Assembly: GCA_022729705.1 (NCBI GenBank)
Contig: DZAX01000010.1
Location: 5,037 to 69,036, forward strand
DNA: 64,000 nt
Reading direction: 5' to 3'
From: Helicobacter cetorum
Lineage (GTDB): Bacteria > Campylobacterota > Campylobacteria > Campylobacterales > UBA6016
The notes below the pieces were generated by a model. The model was not told the origin of the DNA. It searched no databases and saw only the letters and a list, made by a program, of their open reading frames with translations. Shown piece after piece: positions 8,045 through 16,856 of the stretch (position 1 is the first letter of the stretch; every line of letters starts with the position of its first letter). Position numbers and translations under genes: made by a program.

Positions 8045-8328
8045 GTGTTCAAATTAGCCGCAGCCGTACTAGATGCGATACTAAGCGAGTATATAGACGA
8101 AGCCCTTAAGTGCGCATTGTATGAGATTATCGAAGACGAAGAGCCGTATTACGGAGAAATACCGTAAATAAAGGGCGTATGGGTAGCCGGAAAACATTAG
8201 AAGAGTGCAGAGCAAACCTAAAAGAAACGCTTGATAACTGGATACTTTTGGCAGTTCGCCGCTCACTGCATATTCCGCCGATAAACGGCTATGAAGTTCG
8301 TGTGCCACAAGCAGAAGAAGCAGTCTAA
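8045..8328 (+). pseudogene. HicB-family antitoxin remnant (in-frame stop plus frameshift)
   Basis: Reads ...LSEYIDEALKCALYEIIEDEEPYYGEIP, then TAA at 8165-8167, then IKGVWVAGK. A 1-nt frame change in the A-run near 8191-8194 is followed by TLEECRANLKETLDNWILLAVRRSLHIPPINGYEV. The pattern matches a HicB family as I remember it. Confidence 0.6.
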
Positions 8329-8521
8329 TGTCCCCCTCTTTGCGCTCGATGTCGCCAAAAGAGCTTGTTGCAAAATTGCGCATTTTGGGTTTCGGCGGTC
8401 CTTATGCAGGAGGCAAGCATCTGTTTATGACAAAAGATGATTTGCAACTGACATACACCAAGACGAGTTAAAAGAGATGTGGGAAACGCAAAATTTTCAC
8501 AAAATAGAACCATTAGAGTAA
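8328..8521 (+). pseudogene. HicA-family toxin remnant (internal deletion/frameshift)
   Basis: MSPSLRSMSPKELVAKLRILGFGGPYAGGKHLFMTKDDLQLT... stops prematurely at 8469-8471. The C-terminal ELKEMWE piece continues in another frame to 8521. Confidence 0.5.
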
Positions 8522-8524
8522 ATT

Positions 8525-8695
8525 ATGAAACTTAGAGATTATAAAATAATTGACGGCTATACGTTTAGCTTAATCTTTGAAGACGGTACAAATAAGGTTA
8601 TTGATTTGTCACCCTTGATACAATTCAAAGTTTCAAAATCAGAATTTTTCATAACATCCGTCTGCCGATTTTGCAACTCATTGTTTTTCTCATAA
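8525..8695 (+). pseudogene. DUF2442-like small ORF, probably truncated (56 codons)
   Basis: MKLRDYKIIDGYTFSLIFEDGTNKVIDLSPL resembles the N-terminal half of DUF2442 proteins. The remainder diverges. Confidence 0.35.
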
Positions 8696-8830
8696 AGTTC
8701 ATCGTTTCATAAAAATTGTAGCTTTTTAGGAAATAAGTTTTGGCGAAAGATTGTTTGGAAATTTAGGGGCATTATAGGCTCAATTACTACTTAATTTTGC
8801 TAAAATAATCTCAAAAATTGGGTGGCGTAA

Positions 8831-10540
8831 ATGAAAAAATATTTCTTGGCGGGCGTTGGAGCCGTTGTAATTGCGGTAGCTCTTGTTTTTAGCTTTAATT
8901 CAAAAGCGAGCAAAGCGACGGATGCGAATGTCTCTAGTTTTTATATTGCGACATACAACGTCGAAAATCTCTTTGATATGGTTCCAAACGGTAGCGAGTA
9001 TCCTGAGTATATACCAAATTTCAAAGGGTGGGACGAAGATTCGCACAAAGCAAAACTTGCAAATGCGGCGCAAGTAATAAAAGATATGAACGCCGATATT
9101 GTCGTGCTTCAAGAGATAGAAAATGAAAACGCCCTAAAAGAGTTGCTCTCAGAGATAAAAAAATCAGGAGTCGTATATCCGAACTTTATAATCACAAAAA
9201 ACGAAAAGACGGCGGTTCAAAATGCGCTTATATCCAAATTCAACATACTATCCCACAAAGAGCTTGACATTGCCGGACAGTATAGAGATAGACCGATACT
9301 AAAAGCGACTTTGAGCGTTGGGGGTGCTGAGCTTATAGTATATGCAAACCACTGGAAGGCAAAAACGGGACCTGAGAGCAAAAGAATCGAGTATGCAAGC
9401 GTTTTGGCGCAAGACATAAAGAGTCTATCTGGTGACGCTGATTATGTTGTAATGGGTGATTTAAACTCAAATTACAATGAGATGGAGACTTTCCAAAATA
9501 ACACAAAACTAAACAATACAAACGGTCTAACCGCCATAAACCACATCATCAAAACCGCCAAATCAGCCCCAAACGAGAAGCCGCAACTAGCGACCAAAGC
9601 AGATGTTATGGCAAATCAACACAGCGAATATCTCTACAATCTATGGCTTGAAATCCCAAAGTACGAGAGAGTTAGCGAATGGTTTGGAAAAGAGAGAAAC
9701 ACACCGGACAACATCATTGTCCCAAAAGCGATGTTTGATAGAAAAGGTATATCGTATGAGGATGAAAGCTTTAAGATATTTGCGCCCTCATATCTACTAA
9801 AAAACGGTAGAGCCTTTAGATGGGAGGGTAAAGGAAAATCAAAAACCCTTAGCGTACCGCAAGGCTACTCCGACCATCTTCCTTTGTTGGCAAAATTTAG
9901 AATCGGCGCTTTTGAGTCAAAAGACGACCCAAAAGCGCCTGAGCAAAAAAGTCCGGGAGTGTTGGCTCCGCACAAAGAGAGCCCAAAAACACAGCTAAAA
10001 CCAAAAGCGGCGGAGCCGATAAAAACCGTCAACATATCTGATTTGTACGGCATGGACGGCTCTGTAGACGCGCTTATCAAAAACGCCGTAGTTATCCACA
10101 AGCATTTTAACGATGCGGTACTAAAACAAAAAAACGGCAGAGCGGTTTTTGCCTACAACGCCCCCGCCGATATGGAGATTGGCGGCGTATATGACGTAAG
10201 AGTCGGTAAAGTCGAGGATTATCACGGACTAAGAGAGATAAAACGGATAATCGACCACAAAAAGAGCGGCAAAGCAGACCCGTCAGAGCTTATGCTAAAA
10301 TCCGCTACAGACCTAACGGACAAATCTCTGCAAAATGAAGTAATTAGCGGCATAAGCGGGCTTGTCAGCAAGGGTAAGTTTTTGTACAACAACGGCAAAG
10401 AGATAAAAATATACTTCAAAGACAAAGCGCTTCGCCCAAAAAATCTATCAAAAATCACGCTAAAATCAGCTCATCTTAGCTTTTACAGTGAGCCTCAAAT
10501 CGTCATTTACCAACCAAGCGACTTTGAGTTAACAGAGTAA
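8831..10540 (+). CDS. Secreted endonuclease/exonuclease/phosphatase (EEP) family nuclease with a Pro/Lys linker and C-terminal OB-like domain (ExeM/NucH-like)
   Basis: Signal-peptide-like N-terminus. EEP motifs YNVENLFD, VVLQEIEN, GDLNSNYN, SDHLPL. GGTGG Shine-Dalgarno upstream. Confidence 0.8.
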   Translation: MKKYFLAGVGAVVIAVALVFSFNSKASKATDANVSSFYIATYNVENLFDMVPNGSEYPEYIPNFKGWDEDSHKAKLANAAQVIKDMNADIVVLQEIENENALKELLSEIKKSGVVYPNFIITKNEKTAVQNALISKFNILSHKELDIAGQYRDRPILKATLSVGGAELIVYANHWKAKTGPESKRIEYASVLAQDIKSLSGDADYVVMGDLNSNYNEMETFQNNTKLNNTNGLTAINHIIKTAKSAPNEKPQLATKADVMANQHSEYLYNLWLEIPKYERVSEWFGKERNTPDNIIVPKAMFDRKGISYEDESFKIFAPSYLLKNGRAFRWEGKGKSKTLSVPQGYSDHLPLLAKFRIGAFESKDDPKAPEQKSPGVLAPHKESPKTQLKPKAAEPIKTVNISDLYGMDGSVDALIKNAVVIHKHFNDAVLKQKNGRAVFAYNAPADMEIGGVYDVRVGKVEDYHGLREIKRIIDHKKSGKADPSELMLKSATDLTDKSLQNEVISGISGLVSKGKFLYNNGKEIKIYFKDKALRPKNLSKITLKSAHLSFYSEPQIVIYQPSDFELTE

Positions 10541-10581
10541 ACCAAGCAATATTATTGTCCAGTTTCACCACATTATGGTCG

Positions 10582-10603
10582 CTGTTTAGTCCCCTCAACT
10601 TCA
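10582..10603 (-). repeat. Solo copy of an IS-end-like motif (TGAAGTTgAGGGGAcTAAACAG on the minus strand)
   Basis: Matches the right terminal sequence of the IS481-like remnant at 41232-41253 with 2 mismatches. Confidence 0.55.
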
Positions 10604-10760
10604 TTAGGCCGGTATCTTTTGCATTTTGAGTATAGAACTACTGCTATTATTAGGAATGAAATAGTTCAACAAGTGATAGCAAAACTCAAAAATATAGAGC
10701 CTCATAAATTTGCCAGTTTAAATAGAGATAATATAAAAAACGTAACCACTCACCTACCCA

Positions 10761-11216
10761 CTAAAAAGCAGGAATTTTACCAATAAGTGGCATAAAAGGC
10801 TTTCCCTGCATAGCATCTAAAAGCGCTTGCATAATATTAACCCCGTTCTTCTTGGCAGTGAGAATATAGGAGTAGATATTCATAAAGATTCTACCTCCTT
10901 TTTGAGACATAAAACATCCTGATATTTTCTCTTTTACTTTCATCATCCGCAAACCCCGTTCTGCTGCATTGTTGGTAAAAGGTACAGTAAAGTCTGTTGC
11001 GAATCTAAGTGTCTCATCTTTGTACTTTATCAGTCTATCCAAAAGGTTCTTGGCAAAGGTTTGCTTGATCCTACCTCTTTTTCCAGCTTCTTGTTGATTT
11101 ATCGTATGGTAAACACTAGCTGATGTAACAATAGATATAATACCCCAAAAAAAAGAACTGTCCTCTGGAGGCAGTGCGTCAAGCATGGCGGAGAGCATTT
11201 GCGTCGCTGTTGTCAT
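10761..11216 (-). pseudogene. IS66-family transposase C-terminal fragment
   Basis: VPFTNNAAERGLRMMKVKEKISGCF...YSYILTAKKNGVN is the conserved C-terminal IS66 transposase region. Only about 150 of roughly 500 aa are present. Confidence 0.75.
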
Positions 11217-11250
11217 TTTTGCCCCATTTATAGAGTATTATGCTTTACGC

Positions 11251-11877
11251 TCAAATCCTACTCACAACCTCTTGCAAATTTTTCTTTCGTTCCCACCGTA
11301 TTTTTAACAGCTCCGGTTCGTCTAAAAATTCGCTTACATACCCAATAGTTAAGTATCCGATTAGTTTGTGCTCTTTTGAAATTCCAAGAATTTGTTTTAC
11401 TTTTTTTGGTTTTAGGATACTTACCCAGCCTACGCCGATATTGTATGCTCTAGCCATAAGCCATAGGTTTTGTATGGCGCATACGACGCTGTATTCTCCG
11501 GTTTGTTTTTGGGTCGTTTGCCCTAGGATATGCTTTGTTGGTTTTTCATACAAGACGGCGATGTTTAAGTGCGCCTCTTTGATGCCTTCAAGTTTTAACG
11601 AGGAGTAGAGCTGATTGTCTTTAAAAATCTCTTTTGCTTTGTTGTTCTCTTTTAAAAACTCTTGGTAAATCTTTTCTCTTATCTCCATATTTTCTATGAC
11701 AATAAACTTCCAAGGCTGAGAAAAACCGACAGATGGCGCCATAATTGCGGCACCCAATATCTCCTCCAAAACATCGTCTTCTATCTTTTTATCCAAAAAT
11801 CGATTACCGCGAACGTCTCGCCTTGCCGATAGTATTGATTTTAGGATTTGCGCATCTTGCTTATCTATATCATCCAT
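11251..11877 (-). CDS. bluB: BluB-like nitroreductase-fold protein (5,6-dimethylbenzimidazole synthase candidate)
   Basis: ARRDVRGNRF...IMAPSVGFSQPWKFIVIE is a BluB-type signature. I place the start at MDDIDK (ATG 11877-11875), because the longer track ORF overlaps pilT. Confidence 0.65.
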   Translation of the reverse strand: MDDIDKQDAQILKSILSARRDVRGNRFLDKKIEDDVLEEILGAAIMAPSVGFSQPWKFIVIENMEIREKIYQEFLKENNKAKEIFKDNQLYSSLKLEGIKEAHLNIAVLYEKPTKHILGQTTQKQTGEYSVVCAIQNLWLMARAYNIGVGWVSILKPKKVKQILGISKEHKLIGYLTIGYVSEFLDEPELLKIRWERKKNLQEVVSRI

Positions 11878-11881
11878 CCCG

Positions 11882-12964
11882 CTACAATCCCCCAAAAGAA
11901 GCACCCACCCCAAAAGCTCTCTCCGCCTCTTCTTTGTTTGTCGCAAATCTCAACGCATCCTCTTGTGTGATAGTTTTTGACCTTACAAGATTGATTAGTG
12001 TTTGTGAGAGCGTTTGCATGCCTGTTTTGCTTTGTCCTAATTGAAGCTGGGGGTAGATTTGATGGATTTTGTCGTCTCTGATTAGATTTGCTATTGCTGG
12101 GTTGTTGATTAGTATCTCGTGCGCCGCTACTCTGCCGCCGTCTATTTTTGGTATTAGTATTTGCGATATTACAGCTGATAGGCTCATGGATAGTTGCGTT
12201 CTTATAAGGGATTGTTCTTCTGCAGAGAAGACGTTGATGATTCTGTTGATGGTTTGCGTTGTTGAGTTGGTGTGTAGCGTGGCAAACACTAGATGTCCGG
12301 TCTCCGCCGCCGTTAGCGCCGCGCGTATAGTCTCAATATCTCTCATTTCGCCGACCATTATTACATCTGGGTCCTCTCTTAGCGCGTATTTGAGAGCTGT
12401 TGAGAAGTCGTCCGTGTCTTCGCCTACGCCTCGTTGTGATATGATTGAGTTTTTGTGTTCGTGATAAAACTCTATCGGGTCTTCTATGGTGATAATGTGT
12501 TTTTGCTCATTGCGATTTATCTCGTCTATCATAGCCGCTAGAGTCGTGGATTTGCCGCTTCCTGTTGGACCCGTGACCAAGATAAGCCCTTTTTCTTTTT
12601 TGGTTAGTTCGCCAAATATAATAGGGGTGTTTAAATCATCAAGGGTTGGGATTTGCTCTGGTATCGTCCGAAACGCTGCGGCTATAGAGCCTCTCTGAAA
12701 GTAGTAGTTTGCCCTAAATCTACCTGCGCCAGCTATAGCAAAAGTAAAATCAAGCTCTTTTGTCTCTTCAAAACGCCTCTTTTGACTCTCATTGATGAGG
12801 GGGTAACAAAGAGACTCTATTGCTTGTGGTTGCAACGCCTCTGCATCAAAAGAAGTTAGTTTGCCGGCTATGCGTATTTTTGGTTTTGCTCCGGCTATTA
12901 GGTGGATGTCTGAAGCTTTGCTTGCCGCCGCTGATTGAAGTAAGCTTTTTAGTGTTGGCGACAT
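11882..12964 (-). CDS. pilT: PilT-type twitching-motility/retraction ATPase
   Basis: Walker A GPTGSGKSTT, IITIEDPIEF, MVGEMRD, HLVFATLHTNS. Confidence 0.85.
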   Translation of the reverse strand: MSPTLKSLLQSAAASKASDIHLIAGAKPKIRIAGKLTSFDAEALQPQAIESLCYPLINESQKRRFEETKELDFTFAIAGAGRFRANYYFQRGSIAAAFRTIPEQIPTLDDLNTPIIFGELTKKEKGLILVTGPTGSGKSTTLAAMIDEINRNEQKHIITIEDPIEFYHEHKNSIISQRGVGEDTDDFSTALKYALREDPDVIMVGEMRDIETIRAALTAAETGHLVFATLHTNSTTQTINRIINVFSAEEQSLIRTQLSMSLSAVISQILIPKIDGGRVAAHEILINNPAIANLIRDDKIHQIYPQLQLGQSKTGMQTLSQTLINLVRSKTITQEDALRFATNKEEAERAFGVGASFGGL

Positions 12965-12975
12965 AACTCCCCCCT

Positions 12976-13263
12976 TTATTCTATGATTTTTGGTACCACA
13001 AAAAAGTTCTCTTCCGTCTTTGGGGCGTGTGCCATGATGGAGTCTATAATCTCGTTTTTAGACGGCTCGTCCGCTCTAAAAGGCAAGCTCTTATCAACCC
13101 TTGGAAACTCTATGCCGCCAAGTCTATCGTCAAGCTCTGAGAGACTATCTACAAATGTAATAATATTTTCTATTTGAGTTTTTATCTCGTGTCTCTGCTC
13201 TTCTTTTATTGAAAGCGCTGAGAGCTTCTCTAGTTTGCTTAAAAGCGTGTCGTCTACTATCAT
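12976..13263 (-). CDS. gatC: Asp/Glu-tRNA amidotransferase subunit C
   Basis: MIVDDTLLSKLEKLSALSI...FRADEPS...APKTEENFFVVPKIIE is typical GatC. Start at ATG 13263-13261; the upstream part of the track ORF is spurious. Confidence 0.8.
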   Translation of the reverse strand: MIVDDTLLSKLEKLSALSIKEEQRHEIKTQIENIITFVDSLSELDDRLGGIEFPRVDKSLPFRADEPSKNEIIDSIMAHAPKTEENFFVVPKIIE

Positions 13264-13318
13264 CCCGTTAATTCCTACTATTGTATAATCTTGCCATATA
13301 TATATTAGCAAAGGTTTT

Positions 13319-14614
13319 TTGAAAATGAGGTTTGATAAAAGTATCGCGGCGTATGAAGAGGCAAAAAAAGTTATTCCCGGAGGCGTCAACTCCCCTGTTA
13401 GAGCCTTCAAAAGCGTAGGCGGCACACCGCCGTTTATCGCAAAAGGCGAGGGCGCTTATATGGTTGACATGGACGGCAACCGATATTTAGACTATATCCA
13501 AAGCTGGGGACCCCTTATATTTGGGCATTGTGACAAGGATATAGAAGAGGCGATTATAGCCGCCGTTCGCACGGGTGTCAGCTACGGTGCGCCGACAGAG
13601 GCGGAGACTGCTTTGGCAAACGCCATTATAGAGCTTTATGAGCCGGTAGAGGCGCTTAGGTTTGTAAGCTCCGGTACTGAGGCTGTGATGAGCACTATTC
13701 GTGTGGCCAGAGGCTATACGGGCAAAAATGGGATAGTAAAATTCAAAGGGTGTTATCACGGACACTCAGACTCTCTTTTGGTGCAAGCGGGAAGCGGCGC
13801 CGTGACGTTTGGCTCTCCATCAAGCCCAGGCGTGCCCGCAGACGTTACAAAGCATACACATTTGGCTGAATACAACGACATTGAGAGTGCAAAAAGATGT
13901 TTTGACGCTTCAGACGACATAGCTTGCATTATAGTCGAGCCAATTGCCGGAAATATGGGCTTTGTTCCCGCAACTGATGAGTTTTTGCAAGGGCTAAGGG
14001 CTCTTTGCGACAAACACGGTGCACTTCTCATTTTTGATGAAGTAATGAGTGGTTTTAGGGCTTCTCTTGCGGGTTCTTTGGCGTTTACGAGTGCTAGACC
14101 TGATATGGCGACGTTTGGCAAGGTGATAGGCGCTGGAATGCCGTGTGCGGCGTTTGGCGGCAAATATGAGATTATGCAGATACTTAGTCCGGTTGGGGCG
14201 GTGTATCAGGCGGGAACGCTTAGTGGAAATCCTGTGGCGATGGCGGCAGGACTAGCGCAACTCACAAAGCTAAAAAACGATGCGACGCTCTATGCTAGAC
14301 TGGGTGCTTTGTCCAAAAAACTAACAGATGGACTAAAGCAGATTGCCGCTTCTTACGATACGCCGCTTCAAACAGGCTATGCGGGCAGTATGTTTGGCTT
14401 TTTCTTTAATGACAAACCTGTAAGCTCTTTTGCAGACGCACTTACGAGCGATACGGCGTTTTTTGGCAAATTTCACGGCGAGATGTTGGCGCGCGGCGTT
14501 TATTTGGCTCCTAGTCAGTTTGAAGCCGGCTTTATGTGTGCTGTTATGAACGATGAGACGGTAGAGTTTACGCTACAAGCGGCACAAGGCGCTTTTGCCA
14601 CGCTAAAAGGATAG
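13319..14614 (+). CDS. hemL: Glutamate-1-semialdehyde 2,1-aminomutase
   Basis: [35 protein letters not shown]. Confidence 0.9.
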   Translation: MKMRFDKSIAAYEEAKKVIPGGVNSPVRAFKSVGGTPPFIAKGEGAYMVDMDGNRYLDYIQSWGPLIFGHCDKDIEEAIIAAVRTGVSYGAPTEAETALANAIIELYEPVEALRFVSSGTEAVMSTIRVARGYTGKNGIVKFKGCYHGHSDSLLVQAGSGAVTFGSPSSPGVPADVTKHTHLAEYNDIESAKRCFDASDDIACIIVEPIAGNMGFVPATDEFLQGLRALCDKHGALLIFDEVMSGFRASLAGSLAFTSARPDMATFGKVIGAGMPCAAFGGKYEIMQILSPVGAVYQAGTLSGNPVAMAAGLAQLTKLKNDATLYARLGALSKKLTDGLKQIAASYDTPLQTGYAGSMFGFFFNDKPVSSFADALTSDTAFFGKFHGEMLARGVYLAPSQFEAGFMCAVMNDETVEFTLQAAQGAFATLKG

Positions 14615-14616
14615 AG

Positions 14617-14898
14617 ATGCAAGAAAATAACGAAACCAAAGAGCCAAAGTACAAAAAAGCGATAGAGGGGCTAGACCAGCTCTCCCTTGGGATTTCGATA
14701 GGGGTTGCGATACTTATAGGCGTAGGGCTTGGCTTTGGGCTAAAAGCTCTATTTGGGCAGCCTTGGCTATTGTGGCTCGGCGTATTTTGGGGTGTGGGCG
14801 CCGCTGTAAACAACATATATAGAGCCTACAAAAAACAAAAAAGAGAGCTTGACGAACTAGCCAAAGACCCAAGATATAGTAATGATAGTAATAAGTAA
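14617..14898 (+). CDS. AtpZ/AtpI-family small membrane protein
   Basis: Two TM helices, with LSLGISIGVAILIGVGLGFGLK ... WLGVFWGVGAAVNNIYRAYKK. Confidence 0.55.
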   Translation: MQENNETKEPKYKKAIEGLDQLSLGISIGVAILIGVGLGFGLKALFGQPWLLWLGVFWGVGAAVNNIYRAYKKQKRELDELAKDPRYSNDSNK

Positions 14899-15301
14899 GA
14901 TAGTAGCCGCTCTTTTTGCTCTTTTGCTAGCGGTTAGTTTTACTTTTTGGGGAGCCATTGGAGTCGCCAACTACTCCGCTTCTTTTATCGCTTTCTCTCT
15001 TGTCGCCGCCGCTTCGTTTGCCGGATATAGGCGAGTAGTGTTAGCCTCAGGCGCAAAAGAAGAGCCCGCAAGCAAAGAGGAAGAGGAGGACGAACCAAAA
15101 GAGTCCAAAATGTCGCTTCTGCTCAAAACCTACAAAGGGTGGCTATTTCCATTTCGTCTAGCCTCTTATGCGCTTTTTGTGCTTGTATTTTTCTATTTTG
15201 CAAACAACAATCTTCTAAACGTGTTTGCATTTTTGACCGGAATAGCCGTGCTACCTATTTCGGCTCTTATTTTTATACTTTTTTTTAGGAGGAGTTTTTG
15301 A
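14882..15301 (+). CDS. Membrane protein with an acidic central loop
   Basis: Hydrophobic N- and C-terminal segments. Overlaps both neighbours. Confidence 0.5.
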   Translation: MIVISKIVAALFALLLAVSFTFWGAIGVANYSASFIAFSLVAAASFAGYRRVVLASGAKEEPASKEEEEDEPKESKMSLLLKTYKGWLFPFRLASYALFVLVFFYFANNNLLNVFAFLTGIAVLPISALIFILFFRRSF

Positions 15302-15519
15302 TAAAAGTTTTAAAAAAAGAGGCTCTTATTTATCTTGCTATTTTGGTTGTTTTGTCTTTGTATATACACCCAAGTCGCATAGGTATGGTTGAGAGCCTAA
15401 TGCAGATTTTGCATGCGTTTGCGTGGAGTTTTGGGGCGTACGCTATTGTTGCGGCGCTTAGAGGGGTTGTTTATCTTGTGATGAAAGTTTTTAGGAAGAA
15501 GAGCACCGAGGTGAGCTGA
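15298..15519 (+). CDS. Small membrane protein
   Basis: Two predicted TM helices. 4-nt overlap with the upstream ORF. Confidence 0.45.
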   Translation: MIKVLKKEALIYLAILVVLSLYIHPSRIGMVESLMQILHAFAWSFGAYAIVAALRGVVYLVMKVFRKKSTEVS

Positions 15520-15696
15520 TTTTTTGAGCGATAATATGAGACGCAGTTAGGGGCATAAAAATTAAAAATAAACAATCAAAGATCTTCGCCGCTTGGTAGC
15601 GGCTAGCTTTGGCGCCTAAGCGGTCAACGTAGATTTCGGCGGGCTTTTATCTGTTAAAGTTCCACCACATATTAAATTTTAAGAAGAGTAAATAAA

Positions 15697-16842
15697 ATGA
15701 GTAAAATTTCACAATCAATTTTGGCGGTATCAGTTGTCTGCGCATCTCTGCTTTTAAGTGGTTGTGAGCGTCCAAAAGCTCCCGGCATGGAGCCACCTCC
15801 CCCAGGTCCCGTTCCGGTGACGCTAGAAGAGGTAAACAAATCAAATCTACCCGCTCTTTTGGAAGCCACAGGACAGACAGCGGCTTTTAACACCGTCTCT
15901 ATTTATACTAGAGTAAACGGTTATCTTCAAAAAAGAAACTACACAGAGGGCGCAAAAGTAACAGCCGGAGAGACTCTCTTTACAATAGACCCATCCGACT
16001 TGCAAAATGCAAAAGAGTCTGCAAAAGCGCTCTTGGCGCAAGCAGAGGCGAATCTCATAAACGCACAAGCGGTACTCGCAAGAGTAAAACCGCTAGCAGA
16101 GGCAAATGCGGCAAGCCGTCAAGAGCTTGACAACGCAACGGCAAACGAAAGAAGTGCGACGGCGGCGATGCTTAGCGCCAAAGCGAGCTTAGCGCAAGCG
16201 GAGCTAAATTTGGGCTACACAAAAATCAAATCTCCGATAACCGGATATGCGGATAAATCAAAAGTTGACGTAGGGACATATATCCAAGCCGGAGCCAACG
16301 GACTTTTGACGACCGTATATCAGACAAACCCGATGTATGTAAATTTTAGCTTTAGCGAAAACCAGAGACTTTTTATTCAAAACGCTCTATCCTCAGGCAA
16401 ACTTATCACCCCAAAAGACGAAAAATATGAAGTAGCCTTGACGCTGGGTGACGGCAGCGTGGTTAATAGAATGGGGAGTATTAGCTTTACCTCCCCATTT
16501 TTTGACCAAGGCACGGGAACTATGAGTTATCGCGCCACATTTGACAATCAAGACGCAAGGCTCTCTCCGGGGCAATTTGTGAGAGTAACGCTAAAAGGTC
16601 TTGTGTGGAAAGAGTCTGTTTTTGCGCCGCAAAAAGCTGTGCTTACAAACGCCAAGGGCAAATTTGTATATGTGTACGAAAAAAACGACACCGTATCGGC
16701 TAGACCTATAGAGGTAGGCGAATGGGTAGGCAAAAACGTAGTAGTCACAAAAGGCTTAGAGACTGGTGAAAAAATAGCGGTGGACGGACTGGTCAAACTA
16801 AAACCGGATGCGCTGGTTAAACCAACCCCCGCCGCCAAATAA
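15697..16842 (+). CDS. RND efflux periplasmic adaptor (membrane fusion lipoprotein)
   Basis: Lipobox LLLSGC, a coiled-coil hairpin region, and LGYTKIKSPITGY. Confidence 0.85.
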   Translation: MSKISQSILAVSVVCASLLLSGCERPKAPGMEPPPPGPVPVTLEEVNKSNLPALLEATGQTAAFNTVSIYTRVNGYLQKRNYTEGAKVTAGETLFTIDPSDLQNAKESAKALLAQAEANLINAQAVLARVKPLAEANAASRQELDNATANERSATAAMLSAKASLAQAELNLGYTKIKSPITGYADKSKVDVGTYIQAGANGLLTTVYQTNPMYVNFSFSENQRLFIQNALSSGKLITPKDEKYEVALTLGDGSVVNRMGSISFTSPFFDQGTGTMSYRATFDNQDARLSPGQFVRVTLKGLVWKESVFAPQKAVLTNAKGKFVYVYEKNDTVSARPIEVGEWVGKNVVVTKGLETGEKIAVDGLVKLKPDALVKPTPAAK

Positions 16843-16856
16843 GCCGGAGTTATTAG

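Noticed and set aside
7913-8830. Looked for a CRISPR repeat-spacer array next to cas6.
   Set aside because: No recurring 25-40 nt direct repeats are visible. The interval is filled by hicB/hicA/DUF2442-like coding remnants.
13264-13425. N-terminal 54-aa extension of the gatC ORF.
   Set aside because: It would overlap the hemL start region on the opposite strand. GatC homology begins at the internal Met.
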